Notes under the pieces: generated by a model
The model's input: the letters and a program-made list of their open reading frames with translations, nothing else
Database searches by the model: none
What the model was told of the DNA's origin: nothing
Translations under genes and position numbers: made by a program
Shown here: piece after piece, positions 22,915 through 33,704 of the stretch
How the letters are laid out: the number at the start of each line of letters is the position of its first letter
Numbering within the stretch: the stretch's first letter is position 1
From: a virus
DNA: 64,000 nt
Direction: 5' to 3' (one strand)
IMG/VR virus record: IMGVR_UViG_3300045125_000089
Coordinates: 5,499 to 69,498 of that record

Positions 22915-23208
22915 ATGAAAACTCCAATCGCAAAATATGATTTAGTGACCGGTCAAGTAACTATCGAAGATTATACCAAGGTAGTATGGGCAACTATAGT
23001 AGATAATAGATACAAATGCGAGGTTGAAAGATTACAGCCTTATGAAGGAACGTTGACTATATTTGACGGACAAAATAGTGACGTGTTTGTGGGAGAAACT
23101 TCCGTAGTTATAGCCAGTGATGCACAAGCGGGACCAGAAATTATAGATGTATTAAATTGGAATAACTTAATCTACCAGATTATTGGAGGCGTTATCGGTC
23201 AAAATTAA
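22915..23208 (+). CDS. Hypothetical protein
   Basis: Intact 97-aa ORF directly after the Hef-like gene. Confidence 0.6.
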   Translation: MKTPIAKYDLVTGQVTIEDYTKVVWATIVDNRYKCEVERLQPYEGTLTIFDGQNSDVFVGETSVVIASDAQAGPEIIDVLNWNNLIYQIIGGVIGQN

Positions 23209-23862
23209 TACAATCGTACATCTTACTAGTATCAAAATTGTCGTGTAATATATCACCACATCGTTTTAGATACAAATCTGTAAACAAATTTGTTCTAGAT
23301 TCAAACAGATGATATATACTATCTGCATATAATGTTCCCATTCCATAATGACCATAATTTCCCATTCGCCACGGTACTCCATAAACTGGTATGGCATCAA
23401 ATTTTGTTGGATAATACGCCTTGTATTTGATGCCCATTTCTTCCGCAATATAACTTATTTCTTCTGACGTGTCCGACCTATGCGTTGGTGCGAATGATGG
23501 TCTTCCCATTTTATTGTAACAATCCTTTGTTATCATATAAAATGTTACTCCTGCATAAACGTGTCTAGCCGGTGGGATATGATTGGCTAAATGAGCATTG
23601 CCAATAAAAGTATTATGTTTTATAACATAATCCAGTGTTTGGTCATATATGCTTCGGCAAATAGGAACGCAATCTATATCAATAAAAAAATATATATCGG
23701 CATCTATACTATTGACTGCTTGGTCTATAAATTCTCCGTGTACCATATCCGCCTTGACATATGTCATTGGAATATCAAATTTTTTAATACTTTAGAAGAC
23801 GCCTCTATCATTCGGGGGTCTATGTTGGAACCATACAAAGAAATTGATGCTATTTTTGTCAT
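23192..23862 (-). CDS. Glycosyltransferase-like protein (DxD motif), frameshifted
   Basis: MTKIASISLYGSNIDPRM..HGEFIDQAV..DIYFFIDIDCVP..FIGNA..HVYAG..FYMI..SFAPTHRSDTSEE. This is a GT-A-like hydrophobic strand followed by DxD. Confidence 0.5.
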
Positions 23863-24535
23863 AACTTCTCAATAAATACTTCCAAATGGTCTTTACCGAC
23901 TCCGTTATACGGATTTTTGTTTGACATAGGCAATCCTTTATTGGAACTATATTCTGACTGCAACTTACGTGCAAGATGCATATCTTTTTCAAGTGCTTTT
24001 TTATATTCTATAAACGGCGACTTAATCCAACCGCCCTTACGCTTCATTATTCCGTGAGCAGATATTGTGTGGTCAAGATGATGCCAGATATCGCCATCAT
24101 ATTCAAAAGATTCTTGGTGATGGTCTTTGTGTTAGAGCAAACTGGGCAAAATTGCCATCGCGGAACAATTCATCATATTTCTTCTGATACTCAGCATTGT
24201 TCTCGTCATACAAATATTTGTTCTCGTCAAAAAACTTGGAATATTCTGGTGTAGATGCAGACGAATATTTGTCAGAAAATTTTTCAAAATCTGGATGCTT
24301 GTTGTCAATGATTTTTCCATTCTTGTCTCGCACATTAACTATACTTGGAACCAATCGTCTTAGGATCGTTGGTGCAACTCGCACTCAACAAAAAATACTC
24401 ATAGTATGGCCAAACAAAAGCATAAAATCCACGGGTGGACGGCGGTCCGTGATATGAGTCGAAGTTGGCGTCATAGCCTCGTTGATTGACGGAACTCAAT
24501 CCGCCAAAACGAGCAAACTTGATTTTCTTGAGCAT
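23859..24535 (-). CDS. Hypothetical protein (frameshifted)
   Basis: MLKKIKFARFGGLSSVNQRGY..HGPPSTRGFYAFVWPYYEYFLL..PRIFEYDGDIWHHL..KDHLEVFIEKL, stitched from four ORFs. Confidence 0.6.
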
Positions 24536-24541
24536 ACGAAT

Positions 24542-24569
24542 ATATTATCATTACGATATATTATGTCAA
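24542..24569 (-). promoter_or_regulatory. Sigma70-like promoter with extended -10
   Basis: Minus strand TTGACA-16 nt-TAATAT, with TG two bases before the -10. Lies just upstream of the ORF start at 24535. Confidence 0.5.
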
Positions 24570-24677
24570 TAGAATATTGTAATGCTATTGTAAAAATATC
24601 TTGCCTACGTTTAAAAATTATATATGTATATTAGATATCAACCAATTATGGTTGGTATAAAAATAAAGGAAGCATAT

Positions 24678-24913
24678 ATGAAGAAATATATCGCTTTAGC
24701 ATTGATGACTTGCGGTCGCAGTAGTTGCCGCAGATGGTGGAGAAAAAGAAGAAGAGACCACAATTGACAGACCGAACAAAGGCTGTCATTGCCAAGTATG
24801 ACGCAAACAAGGATGGTAAACTTGACAAGGAAGAACGTGCCAAGATGACTCCAGAGGACAAGGCCAAGCTCGCCACCTCCTCCAGACGCTAAAAAAGAAA
24901 GCCTAAACAATAA
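24678..24913 (+). CDS. Small secreted EF-hand protein (frameshifted)
   Basis: Reconstructed MKKYIALALMT(x)AVAVVAADGGEKKKRPQLTDEQKAVIAKYDANKDGKLDKEERAKMTPEDKAKL. It has a signal peptide and the canonical EF-hand loop DANKDGKLDKEE, which is read without any frame correction. Confidence 0.7.
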
Positions 24914-25651
24914 ATCCCCGCAAGTCGCGGGGGTTTTTTATTTTCGAAGCCATTTCATCCACACTCATCTTATCATCATAAATGGCGGCTATAGTGTCTT
25001 TTAGTTTATCTAACTTACCCTTGGCTCGTAGCATCTTGAATACAATATTTTCTTCACTAAGTTCGCCGCCTTTGTCCAATCCTGCTTGACGAAACTTGTA
25101 TATTTTTTCAAGTAAATCTTTTAGTGGTTTTTCGCTGCTTTCATCCATCAACCCATCTATCTTCTTTGAATATTCCTTGTACTTTTTCTTGATAAGTTCT
25201 TTGTTGAAGTTTGGACTTTGTTTCTTTGGTTCTTTTATCCATTCATTTCTCAACACGCTATACTTTGAAGCAGATACTTGTTCTGCGCCAATATCTTCAA
25301 CATATAACTCAACATCAAACTTTTTCATCACAATGTCGTGCTTATTATTCCAACCAGCTTTAATCGCATCAAACATAGCCTGTACTTGTTCTTGCGTCAT
25401 ATCAAGTTTGGAAAAATCAGTCGATATATGTAAATCAATGTCTGAATATGGCGTCCAGTTATAGTTGGTTATAGAACCTATAAGCAATATATCTTCTATC
25501 TTGATGTTTATATCTTGATTCTTTTTCAAATCCTGAACAAAATCCATTGCAATCTTGATGAGTGATTTTCTTACTTCATCATCTAATCTTGACCATCTTC
25601 ATTCATGTTCCAGATTGGCGCAAGTGTGTCATTGTATAATGGATAGTTCAT
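24903..25651 (-). CDS. Nucleotidyltransferase (Pol-beta superfamily)
   Basis: IEDILLIGSITNYNWTPYSDIDLHI (hG[GS]..DxD) plus FDVELYVED. ATG at 25651 overlaps the upstream TGA. The 3' end is uncertain because the ORF runs into the terminator. Confidence 0.8.
24913..24944. terminator. Intrinsic terminator between convergent genes
   Basis: CCCCGC-AAGTC-GCGGGG followed by GTTTTTTATTTT on the plus strand. Confidence 0.7.
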
Positions 25652-25895
25652 CTGCCCGCCCTTCTGTTTGATACATCCATCCATTTGATTACTTCGTTTC
25701 GTACCACTTCTGCAATATCTTCTGAATATTGACTTATAGGAGTATCTGCGGCAGTTAGATCTTTATGATGATGTGCTACTATTTTATCTTTTATAAGTGT
25801 ATCCGCAAAAGCCTTGCACGCTTTTTCAAGCATGTTCATATCAGAAATATGAAACTGCTCTTTTAGCAGCAATGATTTTAATGATACATAGACTC
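25648..25895 (-). CDS. Small hypothetical protein
   Basis: In-frame SLKSLLLKEQFHISDMNMLEKACKAFADTL..NRRAGR*. The start is approximate. Confidence 0.55.
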
Positions 25896-26469
25896 ATACA
25901 GATACTATCTGCTTGATTTTGTTGATGTGCTACTTGCGGCATCTTTATGCAGTATAGCAATTCTATTATCTCCCGAATTTCTCCACGCAGTAATATTCTT
26001 ATCTGTATCATCAAGTAGTATATGCGTAGTTCTAGCATTGCTTCCGTCTATTATATAAGTTGGCTTTGATACGCCAGACGACGCAATGATTACTTTTACA
26101 GATGGGTCAATATGTTTGCGTATCCAACTGCAGTCTTTGTGTTCTTTTATTGTATTACCCTGCCCCGCACTCAATACTACAGCCGGTGGATTTTTAAATG
26201 TGTCGTGGATATAATCCCACGCCAACACTTTAGCGTCTGGCAATGGTTCTAAATCAAGCCAAAATGTAGGGTTTTTATTAACAACATTCCAAAAACTATT
26301 TTTGCCATTTTTTGCTTCATATTCTTTTGGCAATAAGCCACCAGAAATTGCCTTAAAATCCTTTTGTCCATATCCACAAGCACTCCATCCATAATCGCAA
26401 TAGAATTGATATTTTAATGGCGACTCCTTCTTGTACTTCTTTTAACAAGGACTTTAATAATATATGCAT
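25890..26469 (-). CDS. HAD-family 5'(3')-deoxyribonucleotidase-like phosphatase (frameshifted)
   Basis: Reconstructed YCDMDGVLVDMDKGF (motif I), FWLDLEPLPDAKVLWDYI, VLSA, WIRKHI and ILLDDTDKNITAW (motif IV). Confidence 0.8.
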
Positions 26470-26505
26470 ATTTTATAAATATATCGCATACCTATCAAAT
26501 AGCAA

Positions 26506-26538
26506 TAAAAAAACGCCCACCTTTCGGTGGGCTTTTTG
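26506..26538. terminator. Intrinsic terminator after the sheath gene (likely bidirectional)
   Basis: GCCCACC-TTTC-GGTGGGC (GAAA tetraloop on the minus strand), flanked by A and T runs. Confidence 0.8.
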
Positions 26539-26556
26539 ATTTTGACTTTTTATATA

Positions 26557-29500
26557 TTAGACGCCCAGGAAATGTAGCACCCGTTGGTAGTACATTGAAG
26601 TCCAAGTACAATCATTTCAGCGGTACGTGTTGGCTGGATATAGATCTGACCATACAATATACCACGATCAACTAGATCAGGTGTATTGTTGCTGTCATCC
26701 ATAACAACACGGAAGGCGTATACGCCGGAGCGTTGCTGAACACTTTCCAGATATGGATTGACGATGTTCAGGAAGCGCTGACGGGTGGTTGCTACATTCT
26801 GTTCGAAGACTAGGAATCGCGACTTGAAGAAGCGATGAACTTCTTCAACAGCGATCAATAGACGGCGAACATTGACGCGATCCAATGCGCTTGGATTGCG
26901 TCGTAGTCTTCTGACCCCATGCAGACCACGCCCTGGCCAGGAAACGCGGCTATTGGGTTGACGTGGCCTTCGTATAGGGTGTCACGTTCGGTGTGTGTCA
27001 ATCTGTCAGCAACAGATACTGCCGATTTGGAATACCACCACGGTTTAGACCGGCTGGTGCAAACCATTCTGCGGACTACTTTATCGTTGGCTGAATATAC
27101 ACTCATCATTACTACGGATGGAGGAACAGGCATTATCTTGTTACTGTTTGTTTCAGTAATTTTGACCCAAGGATAATAAGTTGCTGCATAGTTTGTATCA
27201 AATTCACCAGCTTTATCAACAACGTTTTGATTGCTGCTGCACCGGCTGTTTGATTTGGAGCAATATCCATGATATAGAATGCATCACCACGACGTTCGCA
27301 CATATCAACAATTGAAGTTGGCTACATATGCGATGGTCTTCATAAGTTGATACCTGGTACAGTGATAAGATTGAAATCAAACTCATCAGAATTGCTCAAA
27401 GCGGCAATTGCTTGTCTGTATGCATATGTACCACGACTTGTTGATGTAGAGCAATCTAGACCCTGTTGATTTGTTGGCAATATGTCATTACCAATCAACA
27501 CAGGAACTGATGGGCTCATACCATCAAAGCCACCTTGGAAGCCTAGAACAAAACGACGCTTCTTACGTTCGTGGATTCCTGATGAAGCAACATACAGTGG
27601 AGATACTCCCGCAGTATGTTTGCTAGATCAAACGCGACGTTTGCACCTAGCAGCGGCACCTTGTGGTACTGGAGCAAATATTGCTTATTATCTAGTTCTG
27701 GTCCAACGCTCGTGCCGTTTGGATATAGAGCAGACCAAGTGCTGCGTCAGCTTGTGCTGGTGCTGGCTGGAATACATACACCGGACGCATATCTGCCTGG
27801 GTTGTAGGGTACAAGTATGCTGAAGCAGCTGGCAGTATTGCATTGCAGGTAATCTTACCCAACCGAGCATAGTCTCCGCCAACTGGTGAAGCATATGGAC
27901 CGAAGCCATATGGTATTGCGTCTACTGGCCATGGGCCGGACTGACATTTCAACGCGAATATACTTGCTCTTCTGTGGAAAGTCTCCAAATTCTAGGATCT
28001 TTCCGTTGAAGTCGATGTAGTTGTATGTATCACCGATTCTACGAGCAATATAATTTGCGCTATTGACATCCAAGTTTAGATTGTCAAAACGTTCACAGAT
28101 ATACAGGTTTTGACATCTGTATCTACTATAGCTACGAAGCGCTAAAGTGAATGAACCATATGACGTACCTGGTACTGAGCCAGGTGACTTGACATTTGAT
28201 GATTTCAACCTTGTACGCAGTATTTGCCGATGTTCCGTCTGTCAGCGTATGAACCTTGAACAGGTCATATGCGGCACTCGAAGATACTCCACTACCAGTG
28301 ATATGCAGAAATTAACTGCGAACGAATGAATGGTGTATATGCATTTGTTAGAGTCAAACGTGGACGTGCCATCGGCTGGTTCTATTCCATCTTCGAAGTC
28401 CATTGCATCGCTGAGTCAGAAATTGTGATCTTCCAACTTTACCGGAAGCGAGCATCTCGTTTACGATTGTCCTTGGTGCTGATGCTTGAAGTTCTTATAT
28501 GTATAAGCTGCTTCAATCTTTTGACCAGCGGCAACAGGATACATAACCAGCTTTTGGATCTGTACCAAATACATTTGTGATATATTTGTTTGATTCTTCA
28601 TCCAATGAGAACTGATATGTTCCATATGATGAACTTGCTGTATTTCCTGGTATTATCGGTATAGATGGTGTTCAATGCCAGCAAAGTCGGCGGTAACTGA
28701 TGCTGCCGATGAAGTTGTCAACAGAGAACCACTGAATCCATACAAGAGCTCTGATTACGATCATATGCTAGTATTTGCCAATACGGCAAGCACAACACTG
28801 TCACTGCCAGACGCACGCGAAGCACTTCACATCCATCTTCAGTTCAATCCTACACTCCGTTGACGAACGCAGTTTGGATTGAATGCACCATATGAACCAG
28901 TTAATACGCCTTCTATTTCAAGTTCAAAATCACAAGCACCGGTATGCGACGGATTGTCAATGAAGATAAACGTGCATTATTCCAAGGAGCATTTCCTGAA
29001 ATCAGGAAGTTGGTATTTGCTGCAGACGCTGTTGCATAAAACACGTCCAAGCATCCATCAGAAGCAGTAACTGCTCCATATAGATTTGTTGAAGAACTTT
29101 GCGAACGTAGCAACTTGCAATGTACCAATTTCCACTGTTTCGCCTTCATAAAATCCACTGTCAAATGTTACACTCACGCTGCCAGTGATTTTAAATACGC
29201 TGTTAGCGGCAGAATTTGGATATAATGTTGCATCAAGCATGCGACCCCGGATACGGTTGCGTTTTCTTGAAAACGACCGATATTAGTTGGTGTTGCGGTC
29301 GCAAACAGTGCTTTCTTTTTGGTTGTATCCGCAAGACCGCCGACGCGGATTCAACGGTCACTTAGAAGCCTTGTTGAGCGCAGATATTGCTGGGCGGTGA
29401 TTGGTCCGTACAGTGTACCGTCCGCGTGCACCGAAGATGGCGCTCGAGATCGCCTTCGCTGGTAACCACGGTTGGTGAAAAAGCCCCGGTCGCTTTAGGG

Positions 29501-29639
29501 AACGGGGCGACCTACACACCGCCGATTGCTGCTCTACGCCCTGTGCAAGAAACGTCTGGTCAATTTCTCTGGTGAATACACTTGGGCGAAAACGGTTCGT
29601 TCTGAAGGGCTATAATGTTCCATTTTGTTCGATTGCCAT
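26557..29639 (-). CDS. gp18: Tail sheath protein (T4 gp18-like), heavily frameshifted
   Basis: N-terminal SPGVFTREIDQTFLAQGVAAIGG..FPKGPGFSPT and C-terminal DRVNVRRLLI..SRFLVFEQNVATTRQRFLNIVNPYLESVQQRSGVYAFRVVMDDSNNTPDLVDRGILYGQIYIQPTRTAE. About 1,025 aa. Confidence 0.92.
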
Positions 29640-29703
29640 AGTTTTTAGCTCTCCTATATAAAAAGTTGTAAATATAAATATGCTCAAAAAATCCAAACAA
29701 TAA

Positions 29704-29729
29704 AAAATCCTCCAATGATGGAGGATTTT
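29704..29729 (-). terminator. Intrinsic terminator upstream of the sheath promoter
   Basis: Perfect inverted repeat AAAATCCTCCA-ATGA-TGGAGGATTTT, followed by a T-run on the minus strand. Confidence 0.75.
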
Positions 29730-29762
29730 GATCTTTGTATTATTTCTCAATAATATATCAAT

Positions 29763-30053
29763 TTACTTTTTGGGCGTAAATACGCCCGTATTAATATCAA
29801 AGTACCTTCGCCATAACCCAGCTACAATCTTATCCAAAAACACCTTTTCTTAGGCCTCTATACAAGCGAGCTTCTAGTTTACACGCTTTTCGGTTTTGCA
29901 ACCTCACGCCGTTGCATTTCCAATTGACCAAGCGAAACGGTAATTTGCTCGTATGCTTCTCTGATAACAGTCAATTCAGGTATTTCGGCTGCATCAAATA
30001 TTTTTGGTCCATTTGATGGTGAAGTTGTATATTTGAATTGTATTTAGTTCCAT
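29763..30053 (-). CDS. Conserved small coiled-coil phage protein (frameshifted)
   Basis: ..EIPELTVIREAYEQITVSLGQLEMQRREV..FLDKIVAGYGEGTFDINTGVFTPKK*. Confidence 0.55.
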
Positions 30054-30107
30054 AATGTTTTATAACGGTTTATATATGTATATATACAATTTTATAAAAA
30101 TCAGTAT

Positions 30108-30514
30108 TTATGGTATGCTGCCAGAAAGATTACTACCTGATGGCACAAATATCCTGCAACATTGAAATTCACTAAATGCCCAAGAACCTGTTTCTGGATT
30201 TATTGGATTTGGCATTGGTGGTATAAAAGCATCGCGATTATAATCGTATAGAAATTGCGGTCTGCATAGTTTTTCTTAACGGAGTGCACGCCAGTATGAG
30301 CTCCTTTAGCGAGTATTATAACTTGTTTGTATCCATATGTTGCCACCAAGTCCGAGCGTTGAGCTTAAAAATTCTGCACCATCGTTTTCGTGTTCATTTG
30401 ATACAACCAAAGTTCTAGATACATAGCAACAGATATTGGTGTAGATAATGGTACGTTTGAACCAGTTATTTCTGATATGAAAATACTACCTGATAATTCT
30501 GAATAATGTGCCAT
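30108..30514 (-). CDS. Conserved tail-associated protein (frameshifted)
   Basis: MAHYSEL..GTWIQTSYN..PLRKNYA..YDYNRDAFIPP. This MAH(F/Y)AE..TSYN..RKNYA..DAFIPP pattern is commonly seen next to Gly-rich fibre genes. Confidence 0.6.
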
Positions 30515-30519
30515 AACAA

Positions 30520-31371
30520 TTACGATTCTTGATATTGATATTTAATAAATGCTATACCGCTGCCGCCACTTCCACCAGCAGCACCATTATATCCAGCACC
30601 ACTATACGACGCGGCACCGCCGCCACCTCCACCACCACCGTCTCCGCTATTCACATTCCGTTATTTCCAGCAGTGGCGTCGTTTGTATCTGCGTTTCCTC
30701 CCATACCGCCGTCACCAGAAGTTCCGGCGGTTATAGGTTGTCTGCCTCCTTGGCCACCGTTATTTCCTCCGCGCACCTCCACCGCCTCCTCCTCCACAAT
30801 AATGTGCGTATATGGACCAAGTCCCAAATCTATGGATGGGCTTGTTATTACTGCCGTAGTACCATTAGCTCCTGGCGCTCCCTCTGGGTCTGGAGTGAAG
30901 TGGATCTTGCAAATGTTCTCCTTGCCCGCCACTTCCACTTGGGACCAGTTCCCGCATTTTGTCCGATGTATGCTACCAAAGTACCCGACTTGTACGCAAT
31001 CGTAGAATCGGATCAGCCTCCACCAATTGTCACCGCATAGTTTGCATTATTATTAAAATAAGTATTAACACTGCACCGCCTAATATATAACTCCAATATG
31101 CGGTACCACCATTACCTCCATTTCCTCCCTCACGACCACTAGTTGTTGCACCGCTTGCACCACTAGCTCCACCGGCAACCAAGAAATAATCAAAAGAAAG
31201 ATTTGCGGATGATGTATATATAATTCTAAAAGTATCCGTTGAAGTAAATACATGAACTTTATAACTTCCCGAAGTATACACTTGACCACCAAATGCTGAC
31301 ATTAAAACCCTTTTAGGAGCAGCGCGCATTCTTTTTTGACTAATTCTCTTGTCAATCAATCTAGTCGGCAT
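30520..31371 (-). CDS. Glycine-rich domain tail protein (frameshifted)
   Basis: YKVHVFTSTDTF..DYFLVAGGASG..GGNGGNGG..VTIGGGG..GGNNGGQGG..GDGGMGGNADT..GGGGG..GGSGSGIAFIKY. Confidence 0.7.
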
Positions 31372-31382
31372 AACAAAAAATA

Positions 31383-31727
31383 TTATGTTATTTCTGTACC
31401 AAATGCACTAAATCCTACATCACGGTGAAGTTGTTCCACTTCCACTAGCATATACTCTTAATGCGTTACTGGTCCAAGTGTTATTCCCATACTTAATACA
31501 ACAGAATCATTTGCAACTACTATAGTATCAAACGCCAAAGAACCGGAAGTTGATGGAGTTTTCCAGAAGCTTCTACAACGGCGATACTAAATTTTCTATC
31601 CATCTTCCGGTATTACATACTCGATACTAAGTAACACTCGACGTTGCTGGAGAAGCTCTGGCACATACAAGTCGGTCCAAGAATTACTGGCAGCTTTTTG
31701 TCCTAATAGTCTATATGTTGTTGGCAT
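31383..31727 (-). CDS. Small tail/virion protein (frameshifted)
   Basis: MPTTYRLLGQKAASNSWTDLYVP..LAFDTIVVANDSVVLSMGITLG..LRVYASG..GFSAFGTEIT*. Confidence 0.6.
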
Positions 31728-31753
31728 AACTTATATATATGTGGTTAAAAAAT

Positions 31754-32197
31754 TTAAAAGAAAGTTATAAATAAAAATGGATGTAATACATTATTTGCAA
31801 CAACATTTGGTACATTTAAATCGCCGGTCATATTTAACGAACCCGTAATAAATACACTACCACTTATATCCAACGCCGCATTATGTAATGGAGATTTTCT
31901 TACACCAACACTACTGCCTGTAACAACCAACGCATTAGTATTAAATCTTCCCATTACAACTCTGTCGTCGCTAAATACTTCTAATATAGGCAATCCAGAA
32001 ATATCACTAACTGCCATCAAACTGCCAGAAAGATTATCTGATATGCTAAACAAACTGCCAGAATTGCCAAGAAATGCTATACTACCAGAAGTTAATACTT
32101 CTAATCTTATAGTATTAGCCTGACTGCCGCTGAATTGTATAACAGGTGCGGCTGAAGTAGAACTTCTGTTTGGTATTATAAGAATGTCCGATGGCAT
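31754..32197 (-). CDS. Stand-alone copy of a tail-fibre repeat module
   Basis: Intact 147-aa ORF containing FSGSQANTIRLEVLTSGSIAFLGNSGSLFSISDNLSGSLMAVSDISGLPILEVFSDDRVVMG, a module that also recurs within 60.9-63.8 kb. Confidence 0.7.
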   Translation of the reverse strand: MPSDILIIPNRSSTSAAPVIQFSGSQANTIRLEVLTSGSIAFLGNSGSLFSISDNLSGSLMAVSDISGLPILEVFSDDRVVMGRFNTNALVVTGSSVGVRKSPLHNAALDISGSVFITGSLNMTGDLNVPNVVANNVLHPFLFITFF

Positions 32198-32240
32198 AAT
32201 TTATTATATATAAATATAACTATATAAAATATTGATGTTA

Positions 32241-33037
32241 TTATAATCCAAAGCGTGACTTTGATGAGTTATAGTTTTGAGTATTTCGTTGGGGGACAGT
32301 CGCCTATTCCGCGTTTGAACAACACTTACCTTTATAAGGAGCCCAATTACCGTCGCTATATCGTTGGCAAATAACTCAGCGTTGAACATATTCTTAGATT
32401 GACATCTCCACCAGTATTTATGCGCGTTTCCTAAATTATCGTCGAAGTATTTCTACTTAATGTTTGTTTTTCTACGCCATTTATATACAATGAAGCTGAC
32501 CATCGGCGATTACAGTTACATTGTGCCATATGAACCATTTAAATGTGTAATTGAGTTGCTGCATTATGTGTCATACGATACAGTTATAGATTATGAATAA
32601 TCGAGGCCGTAACACCTGCGGTATTGCTATCAACCTGATCGTAGTACTACACATAATACGACAACCGATAGCTTTCTGATAATTTCCTCTGGATGTATAA
32701 TAGAACTATCCTCGGCTGCTTGTTGCCAGAACCCGATAATCTATTCCAAATATTAGATGGTGGCTATGGCCGGACTCAATAGTAGTAGAGTTGATTACGT
32801 CGTAGCAAAATTATACAGGATGTAACAGAAATATAATCATCCGTTCCATCAAACACAAATTCTGCACAATTTGAAGTACTAAAATGTAACTCCGCCGTTT
32901 AGTGTACCGATATATCCATTTCTACTTAAATCTATACCAAGCAATTTCCACTACCACGGATAACTCTTATTATTTGCTGCATCCAAATGCAATACTAAAC
33001 CATTTGATGTTGTCTTGATTGGACCTTCTATGCTCAT
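32241..33037 (-). CDS. LamG-like paralog 14 (frameshifted)
   Basis: MSIEGPIKTTSNGLVLHLDAANNKSY..FVFDGTDDYISV ... RRLSPNEIL..RFGL*. Confidence 0.68.
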
Positions 33038-33704
33038 AATCCAAATCTTGTTTTTGTTGCGTTATAGTTTTGAAGTACTTCGTTAGGAGACAATGCTCTA
33101 TTGTATACTTTGCACATTGCCAAACTTCCATTATAGTAAAATCCTCTACTTCCATTAAACCCTCCGTAAACTCCTATAGAAGAACCATTTGTATTTGTAG
33201 AAATAGTTCCTGTTTGTAGTTCGAGTTTACTAAAACGCCATTTATATACAATCTACGTGTTCCGCTAACATACGTACCAACAACTTGTGCCCAATTTGAA
33301 GTACTATATATGTCGCCGTTGTAGTTGAAAGTGTTGTAGTGCTGCCGCCAATATTTTGTCTCCAAAATATAGCAGTTCCTTCTTGAAATAGACTATATTG
33401 TGTATTAACTTGTCCTTTTCCAAACCGAAACCCATTCTGATTAAGATTGTTTGTTTTACCCAAACTTCCACGGATGGTGTTTGTGTATTCAATGCAGAAT
33501 TTTCTGGGGAAATTATTGTACTGGTAGAGCCATTAAAACTAAAATTTCCTCCGCGTTGTATGTTATATTTGATAATGTGAAAGTATTACTACCAACTAAA
33601 TCATTTAATATCGTATTTGAAGCCGGACAACTTTTTGAGTTTTTTATGTCAACAAAAAACACCAATCCATCCGTAACTATAGTTGGTCCGTTATAATAGC
33701 TCAT
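33034..33704 (-). CDS. LamG-like paralog 13 (frameshifted)
   Basis: MSYYNGPTIVTDGLVFFVD..SVEVWVK..WAQVVGTY..RLYINGVL ... YNRALSPNEVLQNYNATKTRFGL*. Confidence 0.75.

Noticed and set aside
1493-29639. Mass pseudogenisation or a decayed prophage
   Set aside because: Essential genes (sheath, tube, SSB) show indels but keep conserved motifs intact, and many indels fall in homopolymers. This fits sequencing error, so genes are listed as CDS, not pseudogenes.
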